Shown one piece after another: positions 13,697 through 28,108 of a stretch of DNA of 64,000 bases. The stretch is from assembly GCF_009914755.1 (NCBI RefSeq), contig NC_060947.1; one strand, 5' to 3'. Below the pieces are notes generated by a model that ran no database searches, was not told where the DNA came from, and worked only from the letters and a program-made list of their open reading frames with translations. This DNA comes from the human T2T-CHM13v2.0 reference genome, Homo sapiens. A program made the position numbers and the translations under genes. The first letter of the stretch is position 1. Each line of letters begins with the position of its first letter.

Positions 13697-14080
13697 TGTA
13701 TTAGCCTGTTCTCACACTGCTGTGAAGAAATACCCGAGACTGGGTAATTTATAAAGGAAAGAGGTTTAATTGACTCACAGTTCTGCAGGGCTGGGGAGGC
13801 ATCAGGAAACTTACAATCATGGTGGAAGGGGAAGCAAACACGTCCTTTTTCACATGGCAGCAGCAAGAAGTGCAGAGTGAAGCACTATGAGGGGGTGGGG
13901 AGGAGCCCTTATAAAACCATCGGATCTTGTGACAACTCACTTATTATCATGAGAACAGCATGAGCATAACTGCCCCCATGATTCAATTACCTTTCACCCG
14001 GTCCCTCCCAGGACACGTGTGGATTATGGTAACTAAAATTCAAGATGAGATTTGGGTGGAGGCACAGCTAAACCATATCA
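13697..14080 (-). mobile_element. THE1 solo LTR (THE1C-like)
   Basis: tgtattag...gagactgggtaatttataaaggaaagaggtttaattgactcacag...aaaccatatca. 5-bp TSD gttgt/gttat. Confidence 0.93.
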
Positions 14081-14834
14081 GTTATGATGTAAAATAAGCA
14101 TTTCCTCTTTCACATTGATCTGCCTTTTCAGACTGTATTCATGAAGACTGGTTTAATGAAGAAAATCATGCCAATAAGAATATAAGGTTAATCATCATTA
14201 TGAAATATAGTTCAAAGGGCACAATATATCTCTATATTTTCAGAGCAATTCAAATCTCAGTTTTAGAGTCTACTATTTAATCAACTGAATATATTTTCTG
14301 AGCAGATAATTTGTTTACGTGTTAAATCACGGTCACGTCTCCATGTATTGCACAACTGGATTGAGCATTATTTTGCTTACTCAGGAATTTTAACGATCAT
14401 GTTATTTTCACTTTTATCAATTAATAGCAAGGTGGATGCTGCATAAATTAATAGTATAAGCTGTGTGTAAAGCCTGAAAAGCCTGAAAAGCACTCTCTTG
14501 AACTATAGCGGATTTTACCCAGTACTCTTGAGACTTATTTTGTAAGCTAAGAGAAAAGCTTTATCAGCAAATTATAAAACACTATTCACTCTATTACTCT
14601 TTCAGACAGGATCTGTCTAATTCAGTTTCCAGAGGAACTGAAGTTGAGTTATGAAGGAGTAAAAATAATAGCAATAACACTAATAGAAAGACCAAGCTTA
14701 GGCTATTGTAGAATAGAACAAATAAATTTCCAAAGACTGAGGAATTAAACACAGTTTCTAGAGAGAGGAGTTAGCGCTGCTTTCTACCTTCTCTCAGCAA
14801 AATCCAAAGAGGTGCAGGTAATCTAAAAGGTAAA

Positions 14835-15512
14835 CTTAGGTTTAGCTGTAGATAACCAATAAATCCAAAATAACAGTAGCTTAAACAAGAAACATTTACT
14901 TTTCTGTTAAACAATAGCTCAGGCAGTTTTTCCAAAGAATATATAGCAGTTGCAGGAGCCTATTTTATTGTGCTGCTATCCTCACATGTGACTCCTCTTT
15001 GTGGTCAGGCAGCTACTCTAACATCAAACAACATGCATCCCTTCCAGCAAAGAAAAACTAGGCCGGATGTGGTGGCTTGTGCCTGCAATCCCAGCACTTT
15101 GGGAGGCAGAGGCAGGTGGATCACCTGAGGTTAGGAGTTCGAGACCAGCCTGGCCAACACGGTGAAACCTTGTCTCTACTAAAAATACAAAAATTAGCTG
15201 GGCGTGGTGGTGCATGCCTGTAATCTTGCTACTCGGGAGGCTGAGGCAGGAGAATCGCTTCATCCGGGAGGCAGAGATTTCAATGAGCCGAGATCATGCC
15301 ATTGCACTCCAGCCTGGGCAACAGAGGGAGACTCCGTTTCAAGAAAAAGAAAAACTAGAAGAACGATTTTTTTTAAGGATTCCTTCTTTATAGAATTATC
15401 TCCCTGTTAAGGAAAGTTCTTAAGATTTTCTCTCACATTCTAATATACATTCCATTGTCTGAAACTTAGTCACTTGGCCACACCTAGCTGCAATGGGAGA
15501 CACAAAGTATAG
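14835..15512 (-). mobile_element. Old MLT1-type LTR relic split by an Alu
   Basis: ccaaaataacagtagcttaaacaag and cattccattgtctgaaacttagtcacttggccacacctagctgcaa. Confidence 0.6.
15061..15345 (+). mobile_element. Alu (AluS)
   Basis: ggccggatgtggtggc...gactccgtttc. TSD aaagaaaaacta. Confidence 0.97.
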
Positions 15513-16149
15513 TTGGTTCACTGTATACTTGGCTAAGATGCAGGAGTTTCACTGCTCTCAATAAAGAACAAACAGCAATTTTAGATACAGCTACAAAAAT
15601 TTTCAAATTGTTGTGCTATCTCTTCTTGAGCCCAAGGCAGTATTAAGGCAGATGTATATGTAATTTTATAGGCAGGAATGTGACAGCACAGAGTAAACAA
15701 TGGAGCACCTGAAGGAAAGCATTGTTTTATGTTAAGCAATTTACAATATCTTCATATTAAGCCAAGTGAAATTATGTAATGGAGTATATTGTAATCTTTA
15801 CATGATGAATGTAAAATGAAACAAAGATTTTAAATAAATTTTACATTTAGATAGCTTAAATTTTTGTCTGTTACTTTTAACTACAGAGGTAATTGTTCTT
15901 TTCTTTATTTTATGAATACAGACCTAATAGTATTTTATAACATAATTTGATAACTATGTAAAGTAGTTCAAATAAAAGAATGATGGAAAGATACTAGAAC
16001 TCCAAGATGTTAAGACTGTGAGGCGGTAATATAGCTGGAGTATTAAACCTTGTTTGTATGATAGCAACAAAAAAAGCTGACCTTTCCCTAACTCAACACT
16101 GCTTCACTCTTACTCCCTCTCTCATATGTGTTTATATAAGCTTTTAAAC

Positions 16150-17170
16150 ATATATGTGGAGCCTTCTTTCTATTGTATTCTGTCCAAAAATATAGTTTAT
16201 TATTATATTTGAGTTTCATTTTCATTGCTGAAAATCAAGATAACTTCAAAAAGCATAAAAGAAGAAATAATCAGCCATAATCTAAACCAGAATATATATA
16301 TTCATGTTTACTCTCATTATCTAAAACTTGGAACATATCATTTTACTACAAATTTTCTTCCTTCTTTGTAACTTTTATTAAAATATTTGAAATATAATTT
16401 CACATTACTTGACAAAATCCAATTTACTGGTTCCATTAAGTTGTGTCCATAAAGATGAATTATAATTTATTTGATGAATGTCCATAGTTTTGCTATTAAA
16501 AGGGTTATTAAAAATTGACTGTTGCTAATTATACTCAATGACATCTCTTTATAAACAATAATTATTAATATTAATTTCTATTAATGAACTTAGGCAAAGT
16601 TATCGGTTTTTTTTAAGGATTTTGATGATTGATGAAAAAAATCAACCCTGCAGAAAATTTTCATAACTGATTTTCCCAAAAACACAGAGCAGTGCCTGTT
16701 ATGAATCACTCTCACCAATTAGGTATGGAAATAATTAATTACTACATTTTTAATTTGTTATTTGACAAAGTAATATTCTACTCTTGCTTTAATTGGCATT
16801 TATTTATTAATATTTTTCATATGCTTTAACTTCCTCCTTTGTTGATTATCAATTAAAACTCAATCCTCAGTTCATTTCTGAGATTGTAATTTATTTTATG
16901 ATTTATATAATAAGACTTTATTATATTTCTCAGTCACATTAACTAATTGAGTGCTCAGAAATGGCAGTTATCTTTATGAGGTTTCCTAGTCTATACTCTA
17001 AGCATTACAGAATTTGTGAGAAAAAAAAATCCTATTTTTTCTTTAATATAAATTACTAAATTATAGCCTGCTTAGGCAAAAAGACATGAAAAATTTAAGT
17101 ACTTTGATGCCTAATGGAAAAAATGACCCTTCAGAAAGTTTTTATTAATTTATAATTCCTCCAAAGTTGG
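16150..17170 (-). mobile_element. Highly diverged L1ME-like fragments
   Basis: cttgctttaattggcatttatttattaa and cccttcagaaagtttttattaatttata resemble the antisense L1 ORF2 tail. Confidence 0.4.
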
Positions 17171-17621
17171 GATTTTTTGATTTCCATCAATCAATTCTTT
17201 ATCTACAGCAAGTCCAGTGCTTTGACCAATCAAAAATATAAGAGTAGGACCACAACATTTCATGATGAGAATGTGGGAAAAGGCTGCATAATACAAGTAT
17301 GAGCACTGAACTGGTCATTGGGGACATTGACTCCCTGCTTTGAAACAAGTTGTTGAACAGCTCTATTGATTAAATGAATGGGCTAGATCATATAACTTCT
17401 AAGGTCTCCTTGCATAGCTCAAATTCTATTATCTGTATCTGCAAATATGTTGAAAAATATGTTTTTATTTCTTCCATATGGTCCACATAATTTATGATGA
17501 ATTTGATATAAATATACATAAGTTTACATTGCATAGATACCATTGGATTGAATACATTGAACAAAATCTGGCATTTTATGGACTGTTTAAGAAGTAGAAT
17601 GTTCATGTGTCCAATCTTGGT

Positions 17622-19229
17622 ACAGATTGAAGGCAATCCCTACCAAAATACCAATGACATTCTTCACAAAAATAGAAAAAAAAATCCTAAAATTCTTATG
17701 GAACCACAAAACACCCAGCATAGCCAAAGAACGAAGTAGAGGCATCATGCTACCTGACTTCAAAATATACTACAAAGCTATAGTAACCAAAACAGAATGG
17801 CACAGGCATACAAACAGACACATAGTCCAACAGAACAGAGTAGAGAACGCAGAAATAAATCCACACATTTACAGCTAATTCATTTTTTGCCAGAGGTGCC
17901 AAGAGCATACACTGGGGAAAGGATGATCTCTTCAATAAATGGTGCTGAGAGGAATGGATATCCATGTGCAGAAGAATGAAACTAGACCTCTCTCTCTCAC
18001 CATATGCAAATATCAAATCAAAGTAGATTAAAGACCTAAATGTAAGACATGAAACTATGAAGCTACTACAAGAAAACTTTGGTCTGTGCAAAGACTTTTT
18101 CAGAAAGACATCAAAATCACAAGCAACCAAAGCAAAAATTGATAAATGGGATCACATCAAGCTAAACAGCTTCTGAGCAGCAAAGGAAACAATCAACAAA
18201 ATGAAGACACAACCTACAGAATGGGAGAAAGTATTCACAAACTATCCATCTGCAGAAGGGTTTAATAACCAGAATATATAAGGAACTAAAATAATGCAAT
18301 AGCAAAAAAATAATAATCATTATCATCCAATTAAAGAATAAACAAGAGATCTGAATAGACATCTTAAAAGAAGACATATAAGTGGTTAACAGGTATACAA
18401 AAAATGCTCAACATCAGTAATCATCAGGGAAATGCAAATCAAAACTACAATGATTTATTATCTCACCTCAGTTAAATTGGCTATTATCAAAAAGACAGAA
18501 ACTAAGAGATGTTGGCAAGGATGTGGAGAAAGGGGAATGCTTTTACACAGCTAGTGGGAATATATACTAGAACTACCACTATGGAAAAGAATATGGAGGT
18601 TCCTTAAAAAAAACAAAACTATCATCTGATCTGGCAATCTCACTGCTGGGTACATATCCAAAAAAGGAAATCAGTATATCAAAGAGATATCTGCACTTTT
18701 CACAATAGTGAAGATATAGAATCATCCTAAGTGTCCATCAACAGATGAATGGATAAGGAAATGTGGCATATGTATACAATAAAATATTATCTAGTCATAA
18801 AAAGGACAAAATTCTGTCAATTGCAGCAACATGGATAGAATTGGAGGACATTTTCTTGAGTTAAATTAAGCCAGGCACAGAAAAACAAATATTACATGTT
18901 CTCACTAATATGTGGGAGCTAGAAAAAAATTGATCTCATGGAGGTAGAGAGTAGAATGGTGGTTACCAGAATCTCAGAAGGATAGTTAGGAGGGAGGATG
19001 AGGAGGGGTTGGTTAATGGGTACAAATACAGTTCAATAGAAGGAACATATCTAGTTTTCCATAGCACAGTAGGGTGACTGTAGTTAACAAGAATTTATAG
19101 CATATTTCAAAATAGCTAAAAGAAAAGATTTGGAATGTTCCCAACACAAAAAAATCATAAGTATTTGAGGTACTGGATATCCCAGTTACCTAGATTTGAT
19201 CGTTACACGTCGTATGCATATATCAAAAA

Positions 19230-19266
<37 letters not shown>

Positions 19267-19312
19267 TATGTACAACTGTGGTGTTGTGGTGTATCAATAA
19301 AACAATTGCATT
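17622..19312 (+). mobile_element. 5'-truncated L1MA (ORF2 C-terminal half and 3'UTR), with (CA)n at 19232-19262
   Basis: The ORF track gives [11 protein letters not shown]...[19 protein letters not shown]1MA-type 3'UTR gatttggaatgttcccaacac. Confidence 0.93.
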
Positions 19313-19784
19313 AAAAATATGATATTACTAATTAATCACAAAGTATTTTTTATTTTTTTAATTTTTGTAGAAAAATATAAAATTCAACAGTCATTCATAG
19401 TAAAAACTTTTAGCATGATAAAATCTGATAAAATACGATCAACCTGATAGTGTCTACTAAAAATAATAAACCCCTAAGATCAGAAATGATCAACATTGTA
19501 TTTACTGGAGATTTTCACCAAAGCAATAGGCGAGAAGGCTTTAAACATCCACCCTGCCCAGAGGAGGCAGTGCCAGTTCATGACTGTACTGGTCAGCAAA
19601 GACCTGTCCAGCTGTATTACCTCTCATCCCTGTCCTCCTCTCCAACACTGGAGTGGAACAGAAGTTCCAATTAGCAAATTGGGAATGGAGTGTTTAAATG
19701 TGTATTATTAATTTTACTTCCTGTGCTGTGCTTTGGTATATCTTTGTAGAGGTCGCTGAGCCATAACCTCTCCAAGGGTCTAGA

Positions 19785-19953
19785 TCAATGCTTCTCAGAC
19801 TTTAATTTACATAAAAATAATCTGGTGATCTTGTTAAAACGCAGATTCTGATTTTGGGGTCTTGGGTGAGACCTGAAATACTGCATTTCTAACAAGGTCC
19901 TAGATGGTATCTAGCTGCTGTTTCTCTGACCACAATTCGAGTAGTAATGTTCT
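19785..19953. mobile_element. MER5A hAT relic
   Basis: gatcttgttaaaacgcagattctga...ctgcatttctaacaag...gaccaca. Confidence 0.8.
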
Positions 19954-20582
19954 AGGAAACTTCAAACACATACACCTTTGTAACAAGAATTTACTTTTGT
20001 AGTAACCAGATCATTCACTGATGCAACTAAAGTCTTTAATTTTCAGATACAAAATGGACTAATGTAACTTCATTATAATGCAGCTTTTCAATCTAGAAAC
20101 CAATATTATGTTTGAAATAAAAGAGGGCTTTTAGTTATATTTTTTAAAGTACTAGATTGTTTTTGCCTGGGGAAACCCACTCTGTAAATATCCTGCCATC
20201 CTTTGTGAGCTGGGGTAGTCCAACCAAAACACACCGGCCAGTTTCTATGTATAGTACTTGCTTGGGTCCTACCTACACTGCCCCTGCCCAGTTAGCCTTA
20301 TGAAGAGGGCAGGATAAACCAGTAAATGGTCTGTGCTGTTGGTATGGTGTCTGCTGGGATCCATGACACTAATGTTGGCTTTCTTCTTGCCGGACTAGGA
20401 AGGAACAATTTATATTTTCACAGGACATCACTTATCAACAGTTTTCCTCCGTCAGCATGGGCTAGTTCCTACATGGTGGAGTACATAGAAGTTGTAATCT
20501 TTAGTCCTCTCTTTAGCAAGAGAACCTTTCATTTCTTTTCTACTGGGTCTTAGGAGGGCAGGGGGATGCCATTTAGTTCTCT

Positions 20583-20740
20583 GAGTGGTTCTTCATAATA
20601 GCTGCTTATTACTGTAAACTTTGGAGCTTTTAAAAATACAAATGCCTGTACCTTATCTTGGACCTAGCTGGTTTCTGGGCATGCAGCTCATTTTAAAGCT
20701 CTTTCTGTGGTTCAAATACAAAGTTTCAGATCTCTGGGCT
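20583..20740. mobile_element. MER5-like hAT relic
   Basis: agtggttctt...ggagcttttaaaaatacaaatgcctg...ttttaaagctc. Confidence 0.5.
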
Positions 20741-20855
20741 AGAGAGAAAAAAATCTGCTCTACCTCCCCATCTGGAGCTAGAAAGTAGACATTAACCAGA
20801 CTAACAAGATGTGAAAATAATGGAAAGATAAAAACGACAGTCTAGACCCACAAGT

Positions 20856-21017
20856 GGGATTGCTAGACTTAGCAAATTAAAATATTAGATGCACCACTTA
20901 CAGTAATTTATTATGATTATGTCCCCTGCAATATTTGGGACTTACACTCCAGAGGTATCCATTGCTTAATCAAATTTTAAATTTACTGGGCCTCCTCTAT
21001 TTTATCTGACAACCCTA
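20856..21017. mobile_element. MER53 hAT relic
   Basis: Inverted termini gggattgctagacttagcaaat and ttttatctgacaaccct. Internal atatttggga. Confidence 0.75.
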
Positions 21018-22393
21018 CTGACAAGGATAGCCTCAGGTTGCTTGGGAAGAAAATGTAGTTAATAAATTCTTAGGACAGTATATATATCGTTATATATAAT
21101 TATAAGGATAATAATACACTAGCTGAGATTTAAAATCAATCCACTAAGGAGGAATAAAAGGGTTGTTCATTAAAGTTAAGATTCTGGCACTAGTTGCTTG
21201 TTGATACTAGTTTGAAAGTGGTGAGTTTCCATATTTTTATGTGTATGGTTTTGTTTTGATTTCTCCTGATATAATAGTTACATCAATGTGAAGTTGAGAA
21301 GAGTTACAACCTGGGCTGCTAGCCAGATGCTAACAGAAAATCAGAACTTTGCTTTGACCTTTTAAAAGTAACTTGAATCTGCCATGTCAGAACGCATAGT
21401 TACAAATTGTTCTCCCTGACTCCCCACTAATCACCTTCCCAGTCATTCTCTTCAGGCAGAAAGGCCATCTTGAGCATACATGGTAACTTGGATGGCTTTG
21501 TGACTCAGAACCCACCCTGTTCTCATTTAGTTTATTACTGTAGATATTGTTAGTGTGTCATAGCGACCAAATAGAAATTCTTTGATTGTGAATGTAGGAG
21601 AAATGTTAGCACAGAATAACTTATATACCCTGAAAACATCTGCCCTCATCAAACACTGTTAAGGCCCCAGGGAAAACCATCACCTGGATTTTGTCATCAA
21701 AACAAAAGATGACTGCATCCAAATACCATTAAGATTTAAGAGTTGGGCCACTGCCAGCATAGAAGATGAATGTTGCTTCGGAGTTTGGAAAGAATTTGAG
21801 TGGCAGAAGCATTTAAATTAGAGAAAAGACAAATTAATTAACTTGTTAAATTATTTCCCTCAGCATGAATGCAACTCAGTTCTGCTTCATGAAATACATT
21901 TTCCCAGTAGTAGTTCAAACTATACCTTTCTTGATTTCTTTAATGTTTTATCCTATGGTTTTATTCTATGGTTGAAGAATCCTAAGGTGGGATTCTTCAA
22001 AGTTGTACATGGTAGTTGAGAAATATTTTGCAATATTACATAATTTACATTACACTTAAATTTGTGTATGTGTAGACCTAGACATAACATGGTTTACAGT
22101 GGAAAGCACATAGACATTAAACACTAGAATTGCAAAAATATGGTTTTATAGAATAAATTCTAAATTAAATGAAAAACTCTGCTTTAAATAATTTTGATTT
22201 AAAAATTTGATATCTATTTCTCACAAACTGTATTTTGTCTTCTGATTTTTAATGGGTACTATTACATTTTGAAAGAAAAATACCCTTTTATGAAATTAAG
22301 TTTTTGAATTTTTCTATTTAATTTTTGAGGAATAGATATCTAAATTATATAAACACTAAATGCAACTATGTTTAATTTCCTAATCCTTTAGAT

Positions 22394-22596
22394 CAATGTT
22401 TTCCAATAGAATTTTCTGCCATGATGAAAATATTTTCTATCTGCCCCATCCCTTATAGTAGCTACCAGCTACATGTGGCTATTTATTTACTTAAATGTGA
22501 CTGCAGTGACAGAAACTTCATTTTTAACTTCAATTAATTTTAATTAATTCAAATTTGACTAGCTATGTGTGATTAGTGGCTAATCACTAGGACAGA
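22394..22596. mobile_element. MER3 hAT relic
   Basis: tccaatagaattttctgccatgatgaaaata...tagctaccagctacatgtggcta...tagtggcta. Confidence 0.8.
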
Positions 22597-22904
22597 ATTG
22601 CTTGAAAGTATTTCTATTCAACATAAATTATGTAAAAATATTTTACAGTACACTAGTGATTTTGTTGAAATAAAGGCAAGAAAAATAAACTTTATGAAAT
22701 CACTGTATAATAATTATGACTCCAGAACTCCCTGTTCTTCTTCTTCTTTTTTTTTTTTTCAGAAAACTCAGTTATGTGCAAAAGAAAAATACTCAGTCAT
22801 CTTTAATATTTTGGTCATTTTGTATTTCACTCACTTAAACCTTAGAAAACAGGTTTGCATGTATTTATTTAAATTTTATTGACAGGAAAATATATCAAAT
22901 TACT

Positions 22905-23256
22905 GTGTATTGTTTTGTATTCCATGGTTTTAGTTACCTGTGGCCAACTGCAATCTGAAAATATTAAATGGAAAATTCTAGAAACAAACAATTCATAAGT
23001 TTTAAATTATGCACCGTCTTGAGTAGCATGATGAAATTTTGCACTGTCCTGCTCCCACTCATCCTGACCATCAGTGATAATTCTCTTTGCCCAGTTGATC
23101 TAGGCTGTCTATGTTCCCCTCCCATTAGTCATTTGGTAGCCATTTGGTTATCAGATGGAAAAAACATAGTATATACAGGGTTTGGTACTAACTGTGGTTT
23201 GAAGTCATCCTCTGAAGTCTTGGCACATATCCCCTGTGGGTAAGGGGAGACTATTG
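22905..23256 (+). mobile_element. MER44A (Tigger-derived)
   Basis: gaaaatattaaatggaaaattctagaaacaaacaattcataagttttaaatt. TIR-like end tatcccctgtgggtaaggggagactattg. Confidence 0.88.
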
Positions 23257-23676
23257 CAGAAATAGAAATCATATTTTATTTACTTTATGGCTTTACTTAC
23301 ATCTTTTAAATATTTAAATATATGGCATATGGCCTTGCTTTGTCTCTTTTCCCAAGCCTGGAATAAAAGAGTTATAGAGGATAAGGTTGAAGGCATTACA
23401 TTGCAGGTGAGTAGATTTCCAGTCCAGGTTTGAATATTATTTTAAGAACAATTTATTGAGTATTTAAAAATGGAGCTATATGATACCATATTTTATAAAT
23501 AACAATCGAGTAGACCATTAAGGTAAGATTAGAGGAAGACAGGACTGGTTTTTGTGTAATGATAAAGACTCAAAGTGGTCACAATGTAAAAGTGAATTTT
23601 TAAAAATGCAAATGCAGCAAAGGAAGAATTTGTTCTTTCTTGGAAATAATGTTAGGAGCATAGAAAAACAATTAGA

Positions 23677-24290
<614 letters not shown>

Positions 24291-25254
24291 ATGTTACATT
24301 TTCATGTTAATAATGATAATTATTAACCATGAGTATATAGTTTGTCTTATGTTCAGGTTTCAAATGTTTATTAAAATCATTTATTTGGTGATTTAATTTT
24401 CTTTTGTTAAAAATGCTGAGATTGAGATCTTTTTGGATCCTAAATTCATAACTTCTAAGGATTTCAAAACTAGGCTACCGTGGCTAGAAGTATGACAAAT
24501 ATGATTAATTGTTCTGGAGAGAAAAACAAAAAGATTTGAAAAGTTTATCAGGCATTTATAAAGGTTATTATTTCAAGAAATCAGGGGCAATCTAATCATT
24601 TCTGTTCGTACTCAGTTTAGGTAAATATTTGTCATTGCCTAAATGCTTAGTACCAAATGAATGAACAGACTAAAAGAGAAAGAGAGAAAGTGATTTCTGA
24701 AGTATACGTTGTTTAGAGCATATCACTGCATACTTCAAGAGGTTTCTAAACTAAAGGCTGTTTTTAGTTCTTCACCCTTGAGAAGTTTTGTTTATTGGAT
24801 CAGAATTAGTAAAATGAAAAATATTATGTCTATAATTCCCTATAGATCAATGCAAATCCATAGAGTCAATATAATCAAACATGCCAAAGAAGAACACTCA
24901 GTAACCAAATACTGGGGTCTAAAGGGTATGCTATCGCCAGAAATGGTTTATAGACATCGCAGAGCTTGTTATGATTATCTTGTGATTCACTGAGTTAACT
25001 ACAGTGGCATTTGGATTACAATTAAAATTATAAGCCCTATTACAGTTACAGGCTCAATTACAGTTACTTCAAAGAGATGTTTTTTGAATAGCTTAAGAAA
25101 AGTAATCTGACAGGAATATAAGTCAATAAATCCATATATATATATATATTTTCAATACTTCCCACAACATGCCATTTTAGTTATACCTATACAGTTTAAT
25201 AACCAAGAAAACTCACTAAAATTCAAGTTATTAAAGTCATTTTCAGTAATTCCA

Positions 25255-25430
25255 ATAATAGCTAAAAGTTATTACTTAATGAACTATGTGCCAGATTATG
25301 TACTAAGTACTGTGTCTGAAAAAAAGATCATTTAATGCCAATAATAACCCAACACTATTATTTTTTCACACACACAAAAGAGGAAACCGAGACTGAGCTT
25401 TCAGATCTGTCTAGAGACATGCACAGCTAA
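25255..25430 (-). mobile_element. MIR relic
   Basis: actatgtgccagattatgtactaagtact...atcatttaat...gaggaaaccgagactgag. Confidence 0.65.
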
Positions 25431-26105
25431 AAGTAATAAAAACAACCCCACTCCAGTAATACCAACTACCTCAGAAACAAAGTGAATGTGGAGGTAAATT
25501 CTCAGATTTTGGCTTATTCCTGATTTCCTGCCTTTCCCTGATTTTCACACCACCTTAAGCTGGAGTCTTCTTGTTCCTGAAATCTACCACCTTCCCAGAA
25601 AACACTCAAGCCTTCACCAAAATTACCAGGGAGGCCTCCAAAACTAATCCAAGCATTTTCAAAATCTCTTATGTCAGTAACTACAAGAATTCTGAGACTC
25701 CTGGTTAATTTTTCATCACCAGGCTACCCATTCATATGTTTTGGGGATTCTCTAATATTATGCCATTATCACCCATCTCCATCTCCCAACACCCTTTTAC
25801 CCTGTCTCCTGGAAAATCCCACCTTACCTGAATGTTTTTGTTCTAACTGAAAGCATACATTCCACTGAAAACACTGCTCCCCACATAGTTTCTCGAGTGT
25901 TTGCTCTCTTACCACTAGGCCTGGAAGTAGCATCAGTGTCTTCCTTGTTTCTCATTGCCACCTCTGGGCAATTATACTGTTACTTTCTGTCCTTGGAAAC
26001 TTAATTATTAGTGGTAAATACCACTGATGTATCACCTGCTATTTCTCCTTGCTGTAAGCATCCATGTACCCTCTGGGTTCCTCTTCCTCATTATTTAACA
26101 AATGT

Positions 26106-26107
<2 letters not shown>

Positions 26108-26145
<38 letters not shown>

Positions 26146-26162
26146 CGTCTGTCTGTCTGTCT
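26108..26162. repeat. (CT)n(CTGT)n microsatellite
   Basis: Read directly from the sequence. Confidence 0.95.
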
Positions 26163-27033
26163 TCAATGCTACTTCTTTCATAATTCCTGGCGATTTCTGT
26201 ATCCATATAAATGCACATGTACTTGTCTTTCTTGTTACTGTGGATAAATTAGCTGTGGTCTGGTTACAGCTAATACTTTCCCTAGTGCATAAAACTGTCT
26301 CTTCTTTACTCAGGGTCATTTTTTCTGCAGTTCCTTGACTGCATGTTATTCCTTTGTCTCACTCTATAAGATTATTCTAATCACATCCAAATATGCTACA
26401 TCACCTAAGTAGTGCTATTATAACATAATAACACTTTTTTTGCTTTCCTTTATGACACAATTCTACAAAATTGCCTATGCTTATTGCTTATGCTTCCTTT
26501 TCTCTAATTATTTTTTTGTTTCATGCCAAACAGGCTTTTCGATTGCTGCAGCAAAACCTGTTTTTGACAAGATCACAGTTGACCTCAGTTTTGCCAAACT
26601 GATTGGTCAATTCTCAATTTTTAAATTACCAGACTTTTCAGTAGCATTTGACACCATTGTTGACACCCTCCTTTGTCAAATGCTTTCTTCACTTCAAGGA
26701 CACTACTCACTCTGGGTTTTCCTTCTCTCTTCTGCCTACTCTTAGTTGTGTTTGCCAATTCTTTTTTATCTTCCTATCCTGTGTTTTAGTGTTCAGTCAT
26801 TGGACTGCTTCTGTCTCTGTTCTAGGTGTTCTCAAGTAGACTCAGGCTGATAACTCAAATATTCCCTGAATGTCAGGCTCATTTATTTAACTACTCATTT
26901 GACATCTGGATTCGAATGTCTAATGGGCATTTCAAACTTAACCTGTTGAAAACTGAGTTCCCAGTATTCCCCTACTTAACAAGCCTTTTCTTCCTAAAGT
27001 CCCATTGTTTCTTTCAGAATAAAAGCAAAACTC

Positions 27034-27323
27034 AGCTGAGCACGGTGACTCAGATTTGTAATCCCAGCTTTTTGGGAGGCTGAGGAGGGTAGATTACTTG
27101 AGCCCAGGATTACCAGCCTGGCCAACATGGTGAAACCCTGTCTCTACAAAAAAATACAGAAAATTAACCAGGCATAGTGGTGCATGCCTGCAGTCTGTTA
27201 CCCAGGACACTGAGGTGGGAGGATCGCTTGAGCCCAAGAGGTCAAGGCTGCAGTGAGCCGAGATCACATACTGAACTCCAGCCTGGGCAACAGAGTGAGA
27301 CCCTGTCAAAAACAAACAAACAA
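27034..27323 (+). mobile_element. AluJ
   Basis: ggaggatcgcttgagcccaagaggtcaaggctgcagtgagc...gagaccctgtc are AluJ diagnostics. Confidence 0.93.
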
Positions 27324-27822
27324 GCTTCTCACCTTACAAGGTTCTACATAATATGGTCCTCTGAGACTCCCTGACATTATATTCTGCTACTCTCTCTTTA
27401 CTTACTGAAATCCAACCACTGGCCTTGTTAATATATCAAACATTTCAGAAAGAAAAAAGCAGCTTCTGACATCCAGGCATTGGGCTGACACTCACCAGTA
27501 GGCCTCAATGTTATTACAATTAGGTAAGCTGGTTTGATGCTCATGGTTAGACCATGTTGTTTCCTTTGTGATTTTAGCAGCAAGTATACAAAGTGCCAGG
27601 AATGTGGTCAACACTCAACAGATATTTGTAGAATGAAGGGATTAAATAAACAAGTGAATAAATATATTTAAAATGAAATTGCATAATATGGATTTTTGTA
27701 TTCTAATTACAGCACACCTGGGGTATATGCATTGTCCAAATTGGGATAAGCCATGCTAGACTTGCCTGAGAATGTTTAAATGTTTGCTAATAATCATTAT
27801 CTAACTAATTTGGCTTGCATGA

Positions 27823-28108
<286 letters not shown>

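Larger units (their letters stand above)
25700..27665 (+). mobile_element. L2 LINE relic (RT fragment and 3' end), interrupted by an AluJ and a (CT)n repeat
   Basis: ORF 26440-26745 carries QTGF...KITVDL..AK..GQFS...DFSVAFDT, an L2 RT motif. gacatctggattcgaatgtctaatgggcatttcaaacttaac and the 3' end atatttgtagaatgaa also fit L2. Confidence 0.75.
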
